A stretch of DNA of 64,000 nt from the human T2T-CHM13v2.0 reference genome, Homo sapiens: the NCBI RefSeq assembly GCF_009914755.1, contig NC_060947.1; one strand, 5' to 3'. Position 1 is the first letter of the stretch; every line of letters begins with the position of its first letter. Shown piece after piece: positions 23,453 to 41,798 of this stretch. The notes beneath the pieces are model-generated. The model saw nothing but the letters and a program-made list of their open reading frames with translations. It had not been told where the DNA came from and searched no databases. Position numbers and translations under genes: made by a program.

Positions 23453-24141
23453 TCAGGAGACTGAGGAAGGAGAATCACTTGAATCCAGGAGGCAGGGGTT
23501 GCAGTGAACCGAGATCATGCCACTGCACTCCAGCCTGGGCGACAGAGCCAGACTTCTTCTCCAAAAAAAAAAGAGGATGCGGGTAACAGAAAGCAGGATG
23601 ACAGCACACCAAGTAGTAGAGATGATGTCAGAGGCAGGCAGGCAGAGCCGCATTTGAGAACAGCAGATTTGGCTTCACCCCCTTCTCCCTCCTCCATAGA
23701 CAGAAGAGACAACATCAGCTCTGCCCCCGGAAGGAAGCAGCACTGGGGTCAGTATCACAGGTTACTCCTACGGCTCACTCACAGCTGGTCTTCCCAGGGG
23801 AGGAGTCACTGGGCAGCAGGTGGTACAGGTGAGTCCACTGGGTCACACCTACCAGGGAGCTCTCATTCCCCCTTGGACCTGTACTTCCGAGAGCAACCAA
23901 GGTCTCCCTCATGTGCCCCACTCAGCCATCAGCCATCACCGAATGTGAGGCAAGCATGTGATACTACTTCAAGCTGCTGTGGGAGGGGGAGGGGAGTCCT
24001 CTTTGCAGGGCCACCCCCAAGAGTCGGGTCTCAAGAGAGATGAAGAGGGCTGGGTGTGGTGGCTCACGCCTGTAATCCCAGCAGTTTGGGAGGCCGAGGT
24101 GGGCGGATTACGATGTCAGGAGATCAAGATCGTCCTGGCTA

Positions 24142-24526
<385 letters not shown>

Positions 24527-24649
24527 CTATACTGAGAGGACCAAAGCTAAAGAATGGACACTTCGCATCAATTAACAATGTCACCACCAATGTGATGCAG
24601 AGGGAGGCCCAGTGCTGCAGAGGCACCCATGCACAATATCTCCTTGCTT

Positions 24650-24860
24650 GAAAATTGTCAACAATTTATTGTGCATTCTTAAATAAATAAAAGAGTATAC
24701 TTGGATTGTTTGTATTGCAAAGAAAGGATAAAGGCTTGAGGTGATGGATACTCCATTTACCCTGATGTGATTATAATGCATTATATGCCTGTACCAAATA
24801 TCTCATGTACCCTACAAATATATACACCTACTATGTACCCATAAAAATTAAAAATAAAAA
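24650..24860 (+). mobile_element. L1MA-type 3' end
   Basis: gaggtgatggatactccatttaccctgatgtgatt...tatacacctactatgtacccataaaaattaaaaataaaa. Confidence 0.8.
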
Positions 24861-24862
24861 GG

Positions 24863-26069
<1,207 letters not shown>

Positions 26070-26708
26070 TCAGCCCCAAGCTACTTAGAAAATTCCTGTG
26101 AAATGACTGGCACTTTAAGCACTCTAGAGAGCAAGGGTTTTAGAGAATCTAAGCTCAGAAACTGCTCTTCCTTCCTGATTCCACTTGCCCCAGAAAATCT
26201 AAAGCATTTTTTAAAATTGTAAATGAAAGAGCAAGAGAGCCTCAATCTGATTAGTCATCTACCAAGGGTCAGTAATTTTGTCACCATCATTTTAATTATG
26301 GTTACCAACATCAGCAACCGATACTTATTATAGTACGTGACTCAATGTTAAGTCTTTAAGGTTTCCTCTCATAATTGCCACTAGGTAGGCACTGGTATCC
26401 CCTTATTATATACAGAAGGGAAAAAAAGCCTAGATAGGTTAAGTAATCACCCAAACTCACACAGCTGGTAAGAGAAGAGGCCAGGATTTGAGTCCAGAAC
26501 CTACATACGTAACAGCTGCACCTACTGGCGCTCACCTAAGCTGCCCAAGAAGTCCCATCTCAACTACATTTAGTAAAAGAAAACAGGGCCGGGCGCGGTG
26601 GCTCACACCTGTAACCCCAGCACTTTGGGAGGCCTAGACAGGCGAATCGCCTGAGGTCAGAAGTTCGAGACCAGCCTGGCAAACATGGTGAAACCCCCGT
26701 CTCTACTA

Positions 26709-26921
<213 letters not shown>

Positions 26922-27286
26922 TTAAGATACAGGGTCTCGCTATGTTGCTCAGGCTGGCCTCCAACTCCTGGGCTCAAGTGATCCTCTCACCTCAGCCTTC
27001 CAAGTAGCTGAGACTACAGGTAAGTGCCACTGCACACAGCTTAATTTTCATATAACTTCAAAATAGAGAAACTTTGCTTAAATTAATATACTTGTCTGAA
27101 AGTTAGAATCCATCAGGAGTTTTAATAATTATGCTGAACAGTTAATGAATGCAGGATGAAACAAAACTAGCATAGCCAAAAGTTCCCATCCAAAATGATT
27201 TTCTTTAGGAAAAGTTAGCCAAATCTTAAAAACAAGCAAAACAAAACAAAACAAAACAAAAAACCTGTGAAGTTTAAAACTGTTTA

Positions 27287-27451
<165 letters not shown>

Positions 27452-27460
27452 CTAGTCTCA

Positions 27461-27568
<108 letters not shown>

Positions 27569-27925
27569 TCAAAAAAGAAAAAAGAAAACAAACAAAAAAA
27601 AATTTTAAATATTCAGAAACTAAAAAATGCACTAGCAAATAAATCAAATAAATCAGAATCCTTCCAGAGCTAAAAAAACATTCCTTCCAGAATTCGAATT
27701 CCTTTAATTCACTTTGGTTTATGTATAACAAAATCAAAGGCTCCAGAAATCTTCAAATAATACAGCAAAGCACCGCAACAGTATGCTCCATCTTTAGACA
27801 TATCCAGACCAAAATGTGCACACGCAAAATGCCAAATACACACGCTTACCCTTTCAAGTAGGTCTTAGTTCTACCCCCAAACTCAAAAATTATTAAAGAT
27901 TATACAAGTAATTCCTTTCGCTTAC

Positions 27926-28077
27926 CTGTCAGCCATATTTCTCCACTTAAAAAGCAAATTACTTGCAGAATCACCGATGGGCAGGTGCAATCTCTCCTTA
28001 AAATATTTCACAATGCTTTGTTCCTCTAAAAGCACAGGAACTCGGTATGTGGAAGAAACATCATGGATACATATGAC
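27926..28077 (-). CDS. CTPS2: CTPS2 exon 8 (152 nt)
   Basis: [51 protein letters not shown]; ctttag|GTC ... CAG|gtaagc. Confidence 0.97.
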
Positions 28078-28569
28078 CTAAGTGGCGATGAGAAATCACC
28101 ATACTTAGATGGATCTATTCAAATATGCCACCACAAGAATGAAACAAAATTCAGCAGAGACTGGCAGTTTATTTACACTGATATAACACACACACACGCA
28201 CACACAAAAACCCAGCAACCAAAGCTAGCATCAGAATTTGCACAAGGTTAGCTTCATTTAATTAGAAAACTAATCCCAGCACTATGGGAGGCCGAGGCGG
28301 GCAGATCACCTGATGTCAGGAGTTCGAGACCAGCCTGACCAACATGGTGAAACCCCACCTGTATTAAAAATGCAAAAATTAGCTGGGCATGGTGACATGT
28401 GCCTATAATCCCAGCAACTCAAGAGGCTGACGCAGGAGAATCGCTGGAACCCAGGAGGCGGAGGTTGCAGTGAGTCGAGATCGCACCATTGCATACCAGC
28501 CTGGGTGACAGAGCAAGACTGTATCTCAAAAAAAAAAAAGAAGTGTACACAAAACGATTGGACAGGTCA

Positions 28570-28737
<168 letters not shown>

Positions 28738-29680
28738 TCAGGAGGCTGAGGCAGGAGAATCGCTTGAACCCAGGAGGCAGAGGTTGCACTGAGCCAAGAG
28801 TGCACCACTGCATTCCAGCCTGGGTGACAATAGTGAAACTCTGTCTCAAAAAAAAAAAAAGATTGGACGCAAACAAAATGGCATGACAACATATCAACAT
28901 ACAGATGCAGAAGTGTCCCTTCAATCTGCCATCACATTTTTCAAAGTAGTTCAGACTTCGGCAATGACTCTGAGGCATCAGGCAGGGGGCTCTCCATCAG
29001 ACTATTTTCCAAGATGCCAAAATTCAATTTCATCATTTTTAGACTTCAGAGAACCCAGAGTTATAATCTGAAGAAAAGATTTCTGCCAAACCTCACCCTT
29101 TTCCTGAGCACCATTTATATCACTCTCTTTAAACTATAGGTAACTCCAATCCCTTATAACCAAGCCTTATTGGAATCAAGAGACAGAGATGAGAGAAGGA
29201 AAGAAAAAAGAAAAGCGAATTATCAGAATACCAAGGTGGAAAGCCCTACAGAGCAGAGAACCTAAGCCCAAATCACAGTACAGTTTCTGTACCAATGAAG
29301 TCAACTGAGCCCACTGATGGAGTCAGAAGAGCTAGTGCGAATGTCAACGTGCTCGTGTGTTTGGGGTGACTTAAGCTGCCACAGGTAGAGAGGAGAAATG
29401 AGTGAAAGCAGTAAGTGTTCCAGAAGGAAACACAAGATAAAGAGATGATAAGTAGGCTTCATGTGGTTCTCTCTCTAGAGGTTTGACTGTGAGTTAAACA
29501 CCCACCCTGGTACTGGGCACGATGGCTCACGCCTGTAATCCCAGCACTATGGGAGGCTGAGGCGGGCGGATCATCTGAGGTCAGGAGTTCGAGACCAGCC
29601 TGGCCAACATGGCAAAACCCCATCTCTACTAAAAATACAAAAAAATTAGCCAGGCGTGGTGGCGCATGCCTATAATCTCA

Positions 29681-29875
<195 letters not shown>

Positions 29876-30015
29876 CTAGGGAATCATGGTTGGATCAGGG
29901 TTCCCCAGTGCTTGCATAAATGCCGTGAAAAGTAATATGATCATTGAAGAGGTACAAAACACTGGCATCAGCAGAAGTACCTGCCAGACAATAAAATCTA
30001 AAGAGCAGCACCAAC

Positions 30016-30096
30016 CTGTTCAGGGTTCACGTGACAAAACATAGAAATCTTCTCCTTCACGGCCATCTCAATGGGCGTTGAACTTCGGCAGACAAT
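30016..30096 (-). CDS. CTPS2: CTPS2 exon 7 (81 nt)
   Basis: [27 protein letters not shown]; tgacag|ATT ... CAG|gttggt. Confidence 0.96.
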
Positions 30097-30364
30097 CTGT
30101 CAAAGCCAGTTATGCTTCAGCAAACAGGATTCACTTTCAGCAGGATGCCACATTCATTTCTTTTTACAAGAAACTTGGCCAAGTATGTACTTGTTCACTT
30201 TGGACATTCCACTGGACTATTAGAAATTGGTCTGAGCACTAATATAAGTATAATCAAATTCAGCATAAGTGTATCAGTAAGAACTCGAAACATCGAGACG
30301 TCTCTGGTGAACAGAGTCCAGGCTCACAAGTGTTGCTTCATTAACTACAAGAAAAGAGCTAGAT

Positions 30365-30572
30365 CGGGGTTAACAAACTTTTTCTCAAAAGGGCCAGATG
30401 GGAAATATTTTAGGTTTGCAGGTGACACAGTCACTGTCTTGATCCTCAATTGAGGTGCAGTGTGAAAGCAGCTACAGACAATATGTAAATGAATGGGTGT
30501 GACTGCATGCCAATAAAACTTTACTTACAAAAACAGGCAAGCAAGTTGTGGGCTGTTATTTGTCAACCTCTG
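30365..30572. mobile_element. MER58A-like hAT DNA transposon
   Basis: ggggttaacaaactttttctcaaaagggccagat ... ccaataaaactttacttacaaaaacagg. Confidence 0.75.
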
Positions 30573-31387
30573 ACAGAGACTACTGGTGATGACTGGATCA
30601 CCTGCTATAAGGACACATCACTGTTTAGACTAAAAATAAGAGCAGCGGACTGGGCGTGGTGCAATCCCAGCACTTTAGGAGGCCAAGGCAGGAGGATTGG
30701 TTGAACCCAGGAGTTCGAGACCAGCCTCAGTAACATAGCAAAACCCTGTCTCTAAAAACACACACACACACACACACACACACCACACAAAAATTAGTGC
30801 GCTGTGGTAGCGTGCACCTCTAGTATCAGCTACTCAAGAGGCTGAGGTGGGAGAATCACTTCAGCCCAGGAGGCAGAGGTTGCAGTGAGCCAAGATCACA
30901 CCACTGCACTCCAGCCTGGGCAACAGAGCCAGACCCCGTCTCAAAAAGAAAAAAAGAGCAGTGATAACCCATCACAGGGTTATCATTGATAGCAGGGTCA
31001 CAGGAAAATCCCAAGGTTTCACCTTCATTCTAAAGAATCCAGGAATCATATAAATGACAGGACATCACACTTGCCCAACTATCAATGTGGCCCATCAAAT
31101 GAGAGCCTAGGGAAGAACAGATTGAAGCAACACTTGAGGCTAAGGGAATAAGCCTTTTCCGGCTCCCAGATAGAAAAACCTCATTGTCACAGGAGCCGTT
31201 TGAGAATGAGAAAGGACTTAGATGATGATAAAGATAAAGAAGTGAAGGGCAGCCAGGCATGGTGGCTCTTGGCTGTAATCCCAAGCACTTTGGGAGGCTG
31301 AGGCGGGCGGATCACCTGAGGTCAGGAATTCAAGACCAGCCTAGCCAACATGACAAAACTCTGTCTCTACTAAAAATACCAAAATTA

Positions 31388-31594
<207 letters not shown>

Positions 31595-31616
31595 TTACCC
31601 ACTGTCCTCAACTCAC

Positions 31617-31700
31617 CAGATCTGGAGACAGGCCTAAACCCCTCAGTGCGCGGACGCTGTTTTGGGTGGGTTTGGTTTTTTGTTCTCCGGTAGCACTGAG
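31617..31700 (-). CDS. CTPS2: CTPS2 exon 6 (84 nt)
   Basis: [28 protein letters not shown]; tttcag|CTC ... CTG|gtgagt. Confidence 0.97.
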
Positions 31701-31846
31701 CTGAAAAAAAATGGGGTCCCGTCAGCACACTGGACACTAGCTCCTATGGATGATTAATGGTGCCCCACTTTCAAATGCAGGACACATAGAATATCATAGG
31801 AAAACTTATCAAAGTTGCTGTCCACATACTTATCTGGAAAGCCCAC

Positions 31847-31963
31847 CTGTGGGACAAGGCTAACGTGGATATTACAGAAATTCTCTCTTTTCGCCTTAAA
31901 CTGGAATTGTCTAAACGCCTCCACAAACGGCATTCCTTCGATGTCTCCAATGGTGCCTCCCAG
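31847..31963 (-). CDS. CTPS2: CTPS2 exon 5 (117 nt)
   Basis: [39 protein letters not shown]; cccag|CTG ... CAG|gtgggc. Confidence 0.97.
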
Positions 31964-32332
31964 CTGGGAATGGAAAACAAACAAAAAAAGACACAAATGA
32001 CCACACATCTCCCACAGTACACAAGCTAATAAAAAGAGTTCTTAATAAACCGAGCATGAGAACTAAAGTTTGATGGTTACACAGAGGTTTATAAATACGT
32101 TCAAAATCACTAAATTGTGGCTGGGTATGGCGGCTCACACCTATGATCCCAGTGCTTTGGGAGGCCAAGGCAGGAGGATCACTTGAGCCCAGGAGGTCAA
32201 GGCTGCAGTGAGTCATGATCATCCCACTGCATTCCAGCCTAGATGACAGAGCGAGACCCTTTCTCTGAAAAAATATAAAAATAAAAAATAAAACTTCAAA
32301 AAAGATTTCTCCACGTGTATACTCTTCAGTAG

Positions 32333-32678
<346 letters not shown>

Positions 32679-32860
32679 TTAATGCAGCCAACAAAAGGCT
32701 CTCAGGACCTGGCCCTTGCACTGAGTCTCCAATGCCATCTGGTCCCCTCCCCGCTGGCCTCTTGGGTACTCCATGCTCTTCCTTCCTGCTCCTTAAGCCC
32801 TCCTACCCTCCTTCTTCATCTACAGCAACCTCTTTATCCTCCAGTCCAAGAGAGATGCAT

Positions 32861-32908
32861 CCTCCTTGGAGGGCGGACTCTGACCCTCCTTGGAGGGCAG
32901 ACTCTGAC
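32861..32908. repeat. 24-bp x2 tandem duplication
   Basis: cctccttggagggcggactctgac / cctccttggagggcagactctgac. Confidence 0.92.
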
Positions 32909-33935
32909 CCCCCACCTAAAGCAGCCTATATCCCACTAGCCCTTGTCACAGCACTGTACCCATCCTAGGAATTCAGCACAAGTTGCCTCTATTTCATTTC
33001 CGTCTTTGTTTCCTGGCTCTCTACCCCACTAGACTGTAAGCCCCATGAGGGCATGAGCCCAGTACCCTGCATGCAGCACTGGAGGTTTAGTTTAGTAGTC
33101 GGGCCAGGACAGAAAGGTCCTGAAATTCAATATAAGCCCTAAGGAACAGTGTTCTAGTACCTGTTACCAAAATTACAGCAGAACCAAAGCCAGGGCTGGG
33201 TGCAGTGGCTCACGCCTGTAATCCCAACACTTTGGGAGGCAGGTGTATCACTTGAGCGCAGGAGTTTGAGACCAGCATGGGCAACAAAGTGAGACCTTGC
33301 CTCCACAAAAACATAAAAAATTAGCTGGGCATGGCGGCACGGCGCCTATGGTCCCAGCCACTCAGGAGGCTGAGGTGGGAGGATCGCTTGAGCCTGGAGA
33401 AGTCCAGGCTGCAGTGAGTCATGATCATACCACTGCACTCCAGCCTAGGGAACAGAGTAAGACACTGTCTCTTTAAAAAACAACAACAACAACAACAACA
33501 ACAACTCAACGAAATGAAAACATCACATGCAATCAGGAACTTGGCAGGGGTGAAGTGAGTGTAAGTACCCACTAAATACAAGGCACCAAAATCTAATTTT
33601 TGAAAATCATTTATTTTTTCTAAGGAAAAACCAGAGGTCTGCACTTAAACTAAACCGTGTGCTTCCATCTTGTGTTTTGATGGGGATTCTCTGGGGGGTC
33701 AATAATAGTGAATGCCAAAAGGAGGCCAACTTCAAACATTATCAGCTTCTGCCCTCACGTGGTCAGCAGCGGTACTACAGTCTCCCTGCTAATTCAGAAG
33801 TTCCCATTACCATACCTCTAGGTCACCCACATTATCGTGTTCAGAAACCTTCAATATTACTACTGGAATAGTTTGAAGTTAACTGTTGCCCCAAATAAAA
33901 GGGAAAATATCACCTATAACAATACTTTATGCTGA

Positions 33936-34211
<276 letters not shown>

Positions 34212-34349
34212 TAGTAGAGACGGGGTTTCACCGTGTTAGACAGGATGGCCTCGATCTCCTGACCTCGTGATCCACCCGCCTCAGCCTCCCAAAGTGCTGG
34301 GATTACAGGCGTGAGCCACCACACCCGGCCCTTTTTAAATTTTTTTTAA

Positions 34350-34583
<234 letters not shown>

Positions 34584-35916
34584 TAACTCGTACTAATATA
34601 AATAAAACCTGTCAGCTCCACTGGTATGAGAAGTTGAGGTCTCACTCATAAAAATGGCTTTGAAGACATTTCAACAGCTCCTCTATGATTAAAACTAAAA
34701 ATCAGCTTTGGCAGTCCTTCTTCAAAAGCTTAAATGGTGCACAGACACAACTGTTGAACACAACTTACAATCAACCAAAGAGGATGGTTGACCACTAGTA
34801 TCCAATAAGCAAATATAAACATCAGGGTTATAACGGAGAAGGGGTTCTGTTTGTCAGTTTCCCTGTTTCCATGAAATTTAAAATCCAGCCAATGAGCTCC
34901 TGGAGAGCAGGAGTCAGATCACACTCAACCTCACATCCTTAGCAGCTATCATCAGGGCTAGTACATATTAAGTGCTAAATTAATCATTGTGAAGACAAGT
35001 CAATTCAAGGGTAGAATAAGAAATAAAATTAAAAATTTGCCAGGCATAGTGGTGGTACACTGTAGTCCCAGCTACTTGGGAGGCTGAGGCAAGATGATTG
35101 GTTGAGCCCAGAAGTTTGAGGCTGCAGTGGGCTTTGATCGCACCTGTGGATAGCTACTGCACTCCAGCCCGAGGCAACATAGCGAGACCCTATCTATAAA
35201 AAATAAATAGCCAGTAACTTTATCAGTTCTACTATTAACAAAATGGATCTTCTACATATCATGATATCTGCTAACACTTACATTGATGACAATAATAATA
35301 GCTAACTTATGTTCACTGAGCACTTCCTAAATGCCAGACATTGCAAAGTGCTCTGATACATTGCATTTAATCCCCAAACAATCCTGTTATTATCTTATTA
35401 TTATAATATTATATTATTACATTATTACAAATGAGGACGTTGAAACTGTGAGAATTTTCCAAAAGTCATACAGGCATCTTAATACTAGCTAATAATTTTT
35501 AAGCACTTACTATATCTGTGACACCATTCTAAGCACTAAGTGTAGAGACTTATTTAATCTTCAAAACAATGAGTTACAAATGAGTTAAATGAGTTAAAGA
35601 GGCACAGAGAGGTTGAGCAAACTTGCCCAAGGTCACCCCCTCCTCCCCATAAGTGACCTTGCTAGGCTACAAACCCAGACAGTTTGCCTCCAGACTCTTA
35701 ATCACTGAGCTATACGTGGCTCAGGGGTCACTGCAGAAATACAAACTGAGGCAGCCTGACTCTAAGAACCAAATTGGTCATTATTCTGCTCTTTCGCCCG
35801 GCAATTAAGCCAACTGACATTTAGAGGAGGAGGATATGGATGTTATTGTCATTCTGCACGTGGAGAGGAAGGGAACAAGGTGAAGGAAGTAAACAAGTGG
35901 CAAGTTCAAATACGAC

Positions 35917-35948
<32 letters not shown>

Positions 35949-36717
35949 ACAGGGTCTGGCTCCATCACCCAGGCTGAAGTGCTGGTGCAATCACTGCTCT
36001 CTGCAGCCTCAACCTCCCGGGCTCAAAAGATCCTCCCATCTCACCTTCTCAAGTAGCTGGGACTACAGGTGCGTACCAACATGCCTAGCTAATCTTTGTA
36101 GTCTCTGTAGAGACGGGTTTTCGCCATGTTGCCCAGGCTGTCTCAAACTCATGGACTCAAGCAATCCTCCCACCCTGGCATCTGAAAATGCCGGAATTGC
36201 AGGCATGAGCCACCTCGCGCAGCCACTAGCTTCTTTCTTTAAACAGCTGATACTAATCACTTATCACCGCTACCATCTGACTTCCCTAACCCAGTGTCTC
36301 TTTACACTTCCAAAGCACTTCGGAAATACTTTTCAAATAGTATGCACTAGAATGCAGTCTGTTGTGTGTAGACAGGGTTGTCTGCAAGCTCCCCAAGGTC
36401 AGAGACTGTGCCCATCCCAGGCCCCGGCACAGAAGAGGCCCTCACATTGACTTTATCAGCAGCTGATCAGTCTCCACAAGCAGATCACTGCATGTCCACC
36501 CAGGAGTAGGTGTGATTGTCTGTCTAATGCCAATCTTGCCCACTCACTTGTGACCACAAAGACAGAAGCCATCTATGTTGTTTCTTGCTGTGACCCCACC
36601 TCCTAGCCCAGTGTCCAGCACTCAGGAGGGCGTGTGTAAGTATTTGTCAAATAAATGAAGATCAGATGCTCAAAGACCCAGCAGGATATAATTTTATAAA
36701 GAAAGTTCTATGCTTGC

Positions 36718-36818
36718 CTCAATAACGCATATTTGGGGCTCTTCCTTATTACCATCCACCGGCACCTTGGCTTGATTCATAACCCACTCCTGGACAGCAT
36801 CAGTAATGTGAGGGACAA
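36718..36818 (-). CDS. CTPS2: CTPS2 exon 4 (101 nt), followed by a GC donor
   Basis: (V)[33 protein letters not shown]; ctacag|TTG ... GAG|gcaagc. Confidence 0.95.
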
Positions 36819-36984
36819 CTGTAGAAAGAAGTATTAATACAAAAGTTTATTCCATGCTCATGAGAAAAGAATGTGCTTTAGGCCTCCCCAATCACCTGAA
36901 AGTCACCTGGCAAGTTACCCTGACATATTTTTGGAAAATGAAAAGAAAAAAACGCAACAATTTTAAAAGAATTAGAACTTGTAG

Positions 36985-37572
<588 letters not shown>

Positions 37573-38367
37573 CTAGGATTAAAAAGGCAATGGAAAAATC
37601 AAAACTTTGCTTCCAGTAGATTTTTCAAAGATGGACATATTTTTGTTAAAAAGCTGGTAAAAGATGTATTTGTAAGCCATATTCTATCACCATCTCCTTT
37701 TTGGTGGAAATATTAACAATTCAATTATATCCAAGAAAATGCATCAGAAAATTCTATTTATAATATTCTATTGTGGTTTTTTTTTAATCTACTGAAATTC
37801 TGTCTTCAAGATTTAGCTTTTCCAAACTCAACATATGCCACATAAAAAAGACATGAAAACAGAAATTTTAAAAACAAACAGCATTTTACTTCAAAGCATC
37901 AGTATCCTGGACTCTGGAACTGCGATAAGAAACTTTTACTTGATTCTCATCTTGATTAAAGCCATAATTAGACAGTAGATGACAAAGCAAGGCCACAGCT
38001 AACCCATAAGGCAACTTGGTGAAAGTGAGGGAAAAAGCCTGTGTGTGCCATAAGCTACGTGCACAATGCACTGTCATAAAAGACAGGTGCAGACTTCGTC
38101 ACACGAGGAGCACCAACTTTAACTACTAGACACGTCTGTAGATCTCTATTGTCACTTCAGGGCATGGACTGAGAGTCGTATGTTTCTAAAGCCACCTTGT
38201 AAGAATTGAACCTTTCCCCTATTAAGGGAACTATCATTTATTCCTACTGTTAGATGTCCACAGGAAAAAAGGTTGATTAACTTACAAATTTAATCAGAAG
38301 CCTTTTATATCCTAATTTATTTATCCATTCTAAGGTACATAACTGTGGTCTAGAAAATTAATTTTAA

Positions 38368-38830
<463 letters not shown>

Positions 38831-39406
38831 TGATCCACCTGCTTCAGCCTCCCAAAATGCTGCGATTACAGGCGTGAGCCACCGTGCCCGGCCTATTATT
38901 TTTTTAAATAGAGACAGAGTTTCGCCATGTTTGCCAGGCTGGGTAGGAGAATCGCTTGAACCTGGGAGGCGGAGGTTGCAGTGAGCCGAGGTCACACCAC
39001 TGCACTCCAGCCTGGGCGACAGAGTGAGACTCTGTCTCAAAAAAAGAAAAAAAAAATCATTAAAAAAAAATCCAAAGAAAATTTGGTGTAACACATGGCA
39101 TTAGTCAATGGTGCCACACAACAAACAACCCCAAAATCTCTGCAACTTACAAAACATTTATTTATTTCTCCCTCATGTTACATGGGGGCTATGAGTCACT
39201 TGTGAGTCTATTCTTTGTGTCTTCTCATTCCAGGACCCAGACTGAACGAGAAATCTCTGAAAACCAGGCTGTTCTCATGGTAGAGGGCAGAAGCACAAGA
39301 CAGACTGAGCCAAACCACACAGATGCATTTGACATTTTCTGCTTCAACAAGGCATATGTTAATATTCCCTAACATCCCATAGGACAAAATAAATCACATG
39401 GCCAAA

Positions 39407-39520
39407 TAGAGTGACCAACCTGCTTGGTTTGCCCAGGACTAAGAGGGCTCCCAGGACACAGGACTTTCTGTTTTAAAATCAGGAACGTTCCAAACAAACC
39501 AGGACAAGTTAACTATCCTA
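39407..39520. mobile_element. MER94-like hAT-Blackjack MITE nested in an old MLT1-like LTR (~39100-39610)
   Basis: tagagtgaccaacc...ggtttgcccaggact ... caaaccaggacaagttaactatccta terminal inverted repeats. Confidence 0.65.
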
Positions 39521-40400
39521 CGTGGCCAAACTCCAAGGTCAAAGGGCAGGGAAATGTACTCCACAGAGGGATGGTGGGTAACATTTTGAAGCAAAAATAC
39601 AATCTACCACAGACTTGAATAAGTCATTCACAAACAAAATCAAAATCAAAGAACTCTAAATTAAAACAATAAGATACCCTCTTTTTGTTTGTTTTATTCT
39701 CAGGTTAGTAAAGTTTAAAACACGATATTCAAGGCCTGGTGCAGTGGCTCATGCCTGTTGCAGTGGCTCATGCCTGTAATACCACCACTTTGGGAGGCCG
39801 AGGTAGGAGGATTGCTTGAGCCCAGGAGGTCGAGACCAGCCTAAGTAACATGGCGAAATCCCAGCTCTATAAAAAAATTACATAAATTAGCCAGGTGTGG
39901 TGGTGCACACCTGTAATCCCAGCTACCCAGGGGACTGAAGCAGGAGGATCACTTGAGCACAGGAGGTGGAGGTTGCATTGAGCCGAGATCTTGGCCACTG
40001 CACTCCAGCCTGGGCGATAGAGTGAGACCCTGTCTCAAAAAACAAAAACAGGAAGACAGGATAGCAACAAGGGACACAAACATTTTTTTTTTTTTTGAGA
40101 TGGAGTCTCACTCTGTCACCCAGGCTGGAGTGCAGTGGCGCAATCTCGGCTCACTGCAAGTTCGCCTCCTGGGTTCACGCCATTCTCCCACCTTAGCCTC
40201 CCGAGTAGCTGGGACTACAGGCGCTCGCCACCGCGCCCGGCTAATTTTTGTATTTTTAGTAGAGACGGGGTTTCACCGTGTTAGCCAGGACAGTCTCGAT
40301 CTCCTGACCTCGTGATCCGCCCGCCTCAGCCTCCCAAAGTGCTAGGATTACAGGCGTGAGCCACCACGCCCGGCAGGACATGAACATTTCTGTTTCTTGA

Positions 40401-40659
<259 letters not shown>

Positions 40660-41213
40660 TAGATGGGACTACAGACACGTGCCACCACGCCCAGCTAATG
40701 TTTTGTATTTTTAGTAGAGACAGGGTTTCACTGTGTTAGCCAGGATGGTCTCGATCTTCTGACCTCGTGATCCACCTGCCTCGGCCTCCCAAAGTGCTGG
40801 GATTACAGGCATGAGCCACCGCACTGGGCCTTATAAAAAGTTTTTTAAAAATAGCATGTAAGGGCTAATGCCATTTTAAAAATAAATCAAATATACTCAT
40901 ACATCAAAATGTCACCATTAATAATAGTTACTCCAGGCAGTGGGAAATGTTAAGAGAAACACACTACCTTTATGTTAAAAATAAAACAGAATCTGTAGTG
41001 CAAAAGATACAATGTTTCCAAAAGGGATGATTAATTTGGAATGTCATCAGAGGTATGAACAATGTATCAATGACCATGAGAAAATTCACATATTCATAGC
41101 ATACGATCTAGTCACTCTAAATCTGGAACTACATCCTAAAGAAATTACCCAAAATGGAAGAAAGAATGCAGTTGAGCCTAGTGCTATAAGGGGGAAGTGG
41201 TTCACTTTCGTAC

Positions 41214-41379
41214 CGTGTTCATAAGGTGAAAAAGTGCCAGCATCGATGTTAATATAGGGGTCGATTTTTATGGCAGTAACTCGGAGTCCACATGATTTTA
41301 GAATCGTTCCAATGCTGCTGGCAATGATCCCTTTACCAATGCCTGAGATGACCCCACCCGTGACCAGGATGTACTTCAT
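41214..41379 (-). CDS. CTPS2: CTPS2 first coding exon (exon 2), codons 1-55, with the P-loop [10 protein letters not shown]; 39 nt of 5'UTR extends the exon to 41418
   Basis: [56 protein letters not shown]. Acceptor ctttcag|ATT at 41418, donor CACG|gtacga, 166 coding nt. Confidence 0.98.
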
Positions 41380-41648
41380 TGGCAGAATAGTGGCTGGGTG
41401 CCAACACCCAGATATAATCTGAAAGGCAATAAAATTATGGATAAGGAAAGAGAAATATTTAAAACTAGTAAAGCAGACAGTGCATTCAACCAGAATTAAT
41501 TTTTTTTTTTTTTTTTTTTAGACATAGTCTTACTGTCACCCAGGCTGGAATGCAGTGAGTGGTGCAATCATGGCTCACTGTAACCTCTGCTCGCTGGGTT
41601 CAAGCGATCCTCCCACCTCAGCATCCTAGTAACTGGGACTATAGGTGA

Positions 41649-41798
<150 letters not shown>

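Noticed and set aside
23504-24043. 179-aa plus ORF
   Set aside because: It starts within an Alu, has no homology I recognise, and lacks convincing splice or promoter context.
35628-35661. CAAGGTCAC...GTGACCTTG inverted repeat as an ERE or hairpin RNA
   Set aside because: The spacer is far longer than 3 nt and the left arm is ordinary MIR core sequence.
39738-39780. 19-bp duplication tgcagtggctcatgcctgt at an Alu head
   Set aside because: Simple local slippage with no functional implication.
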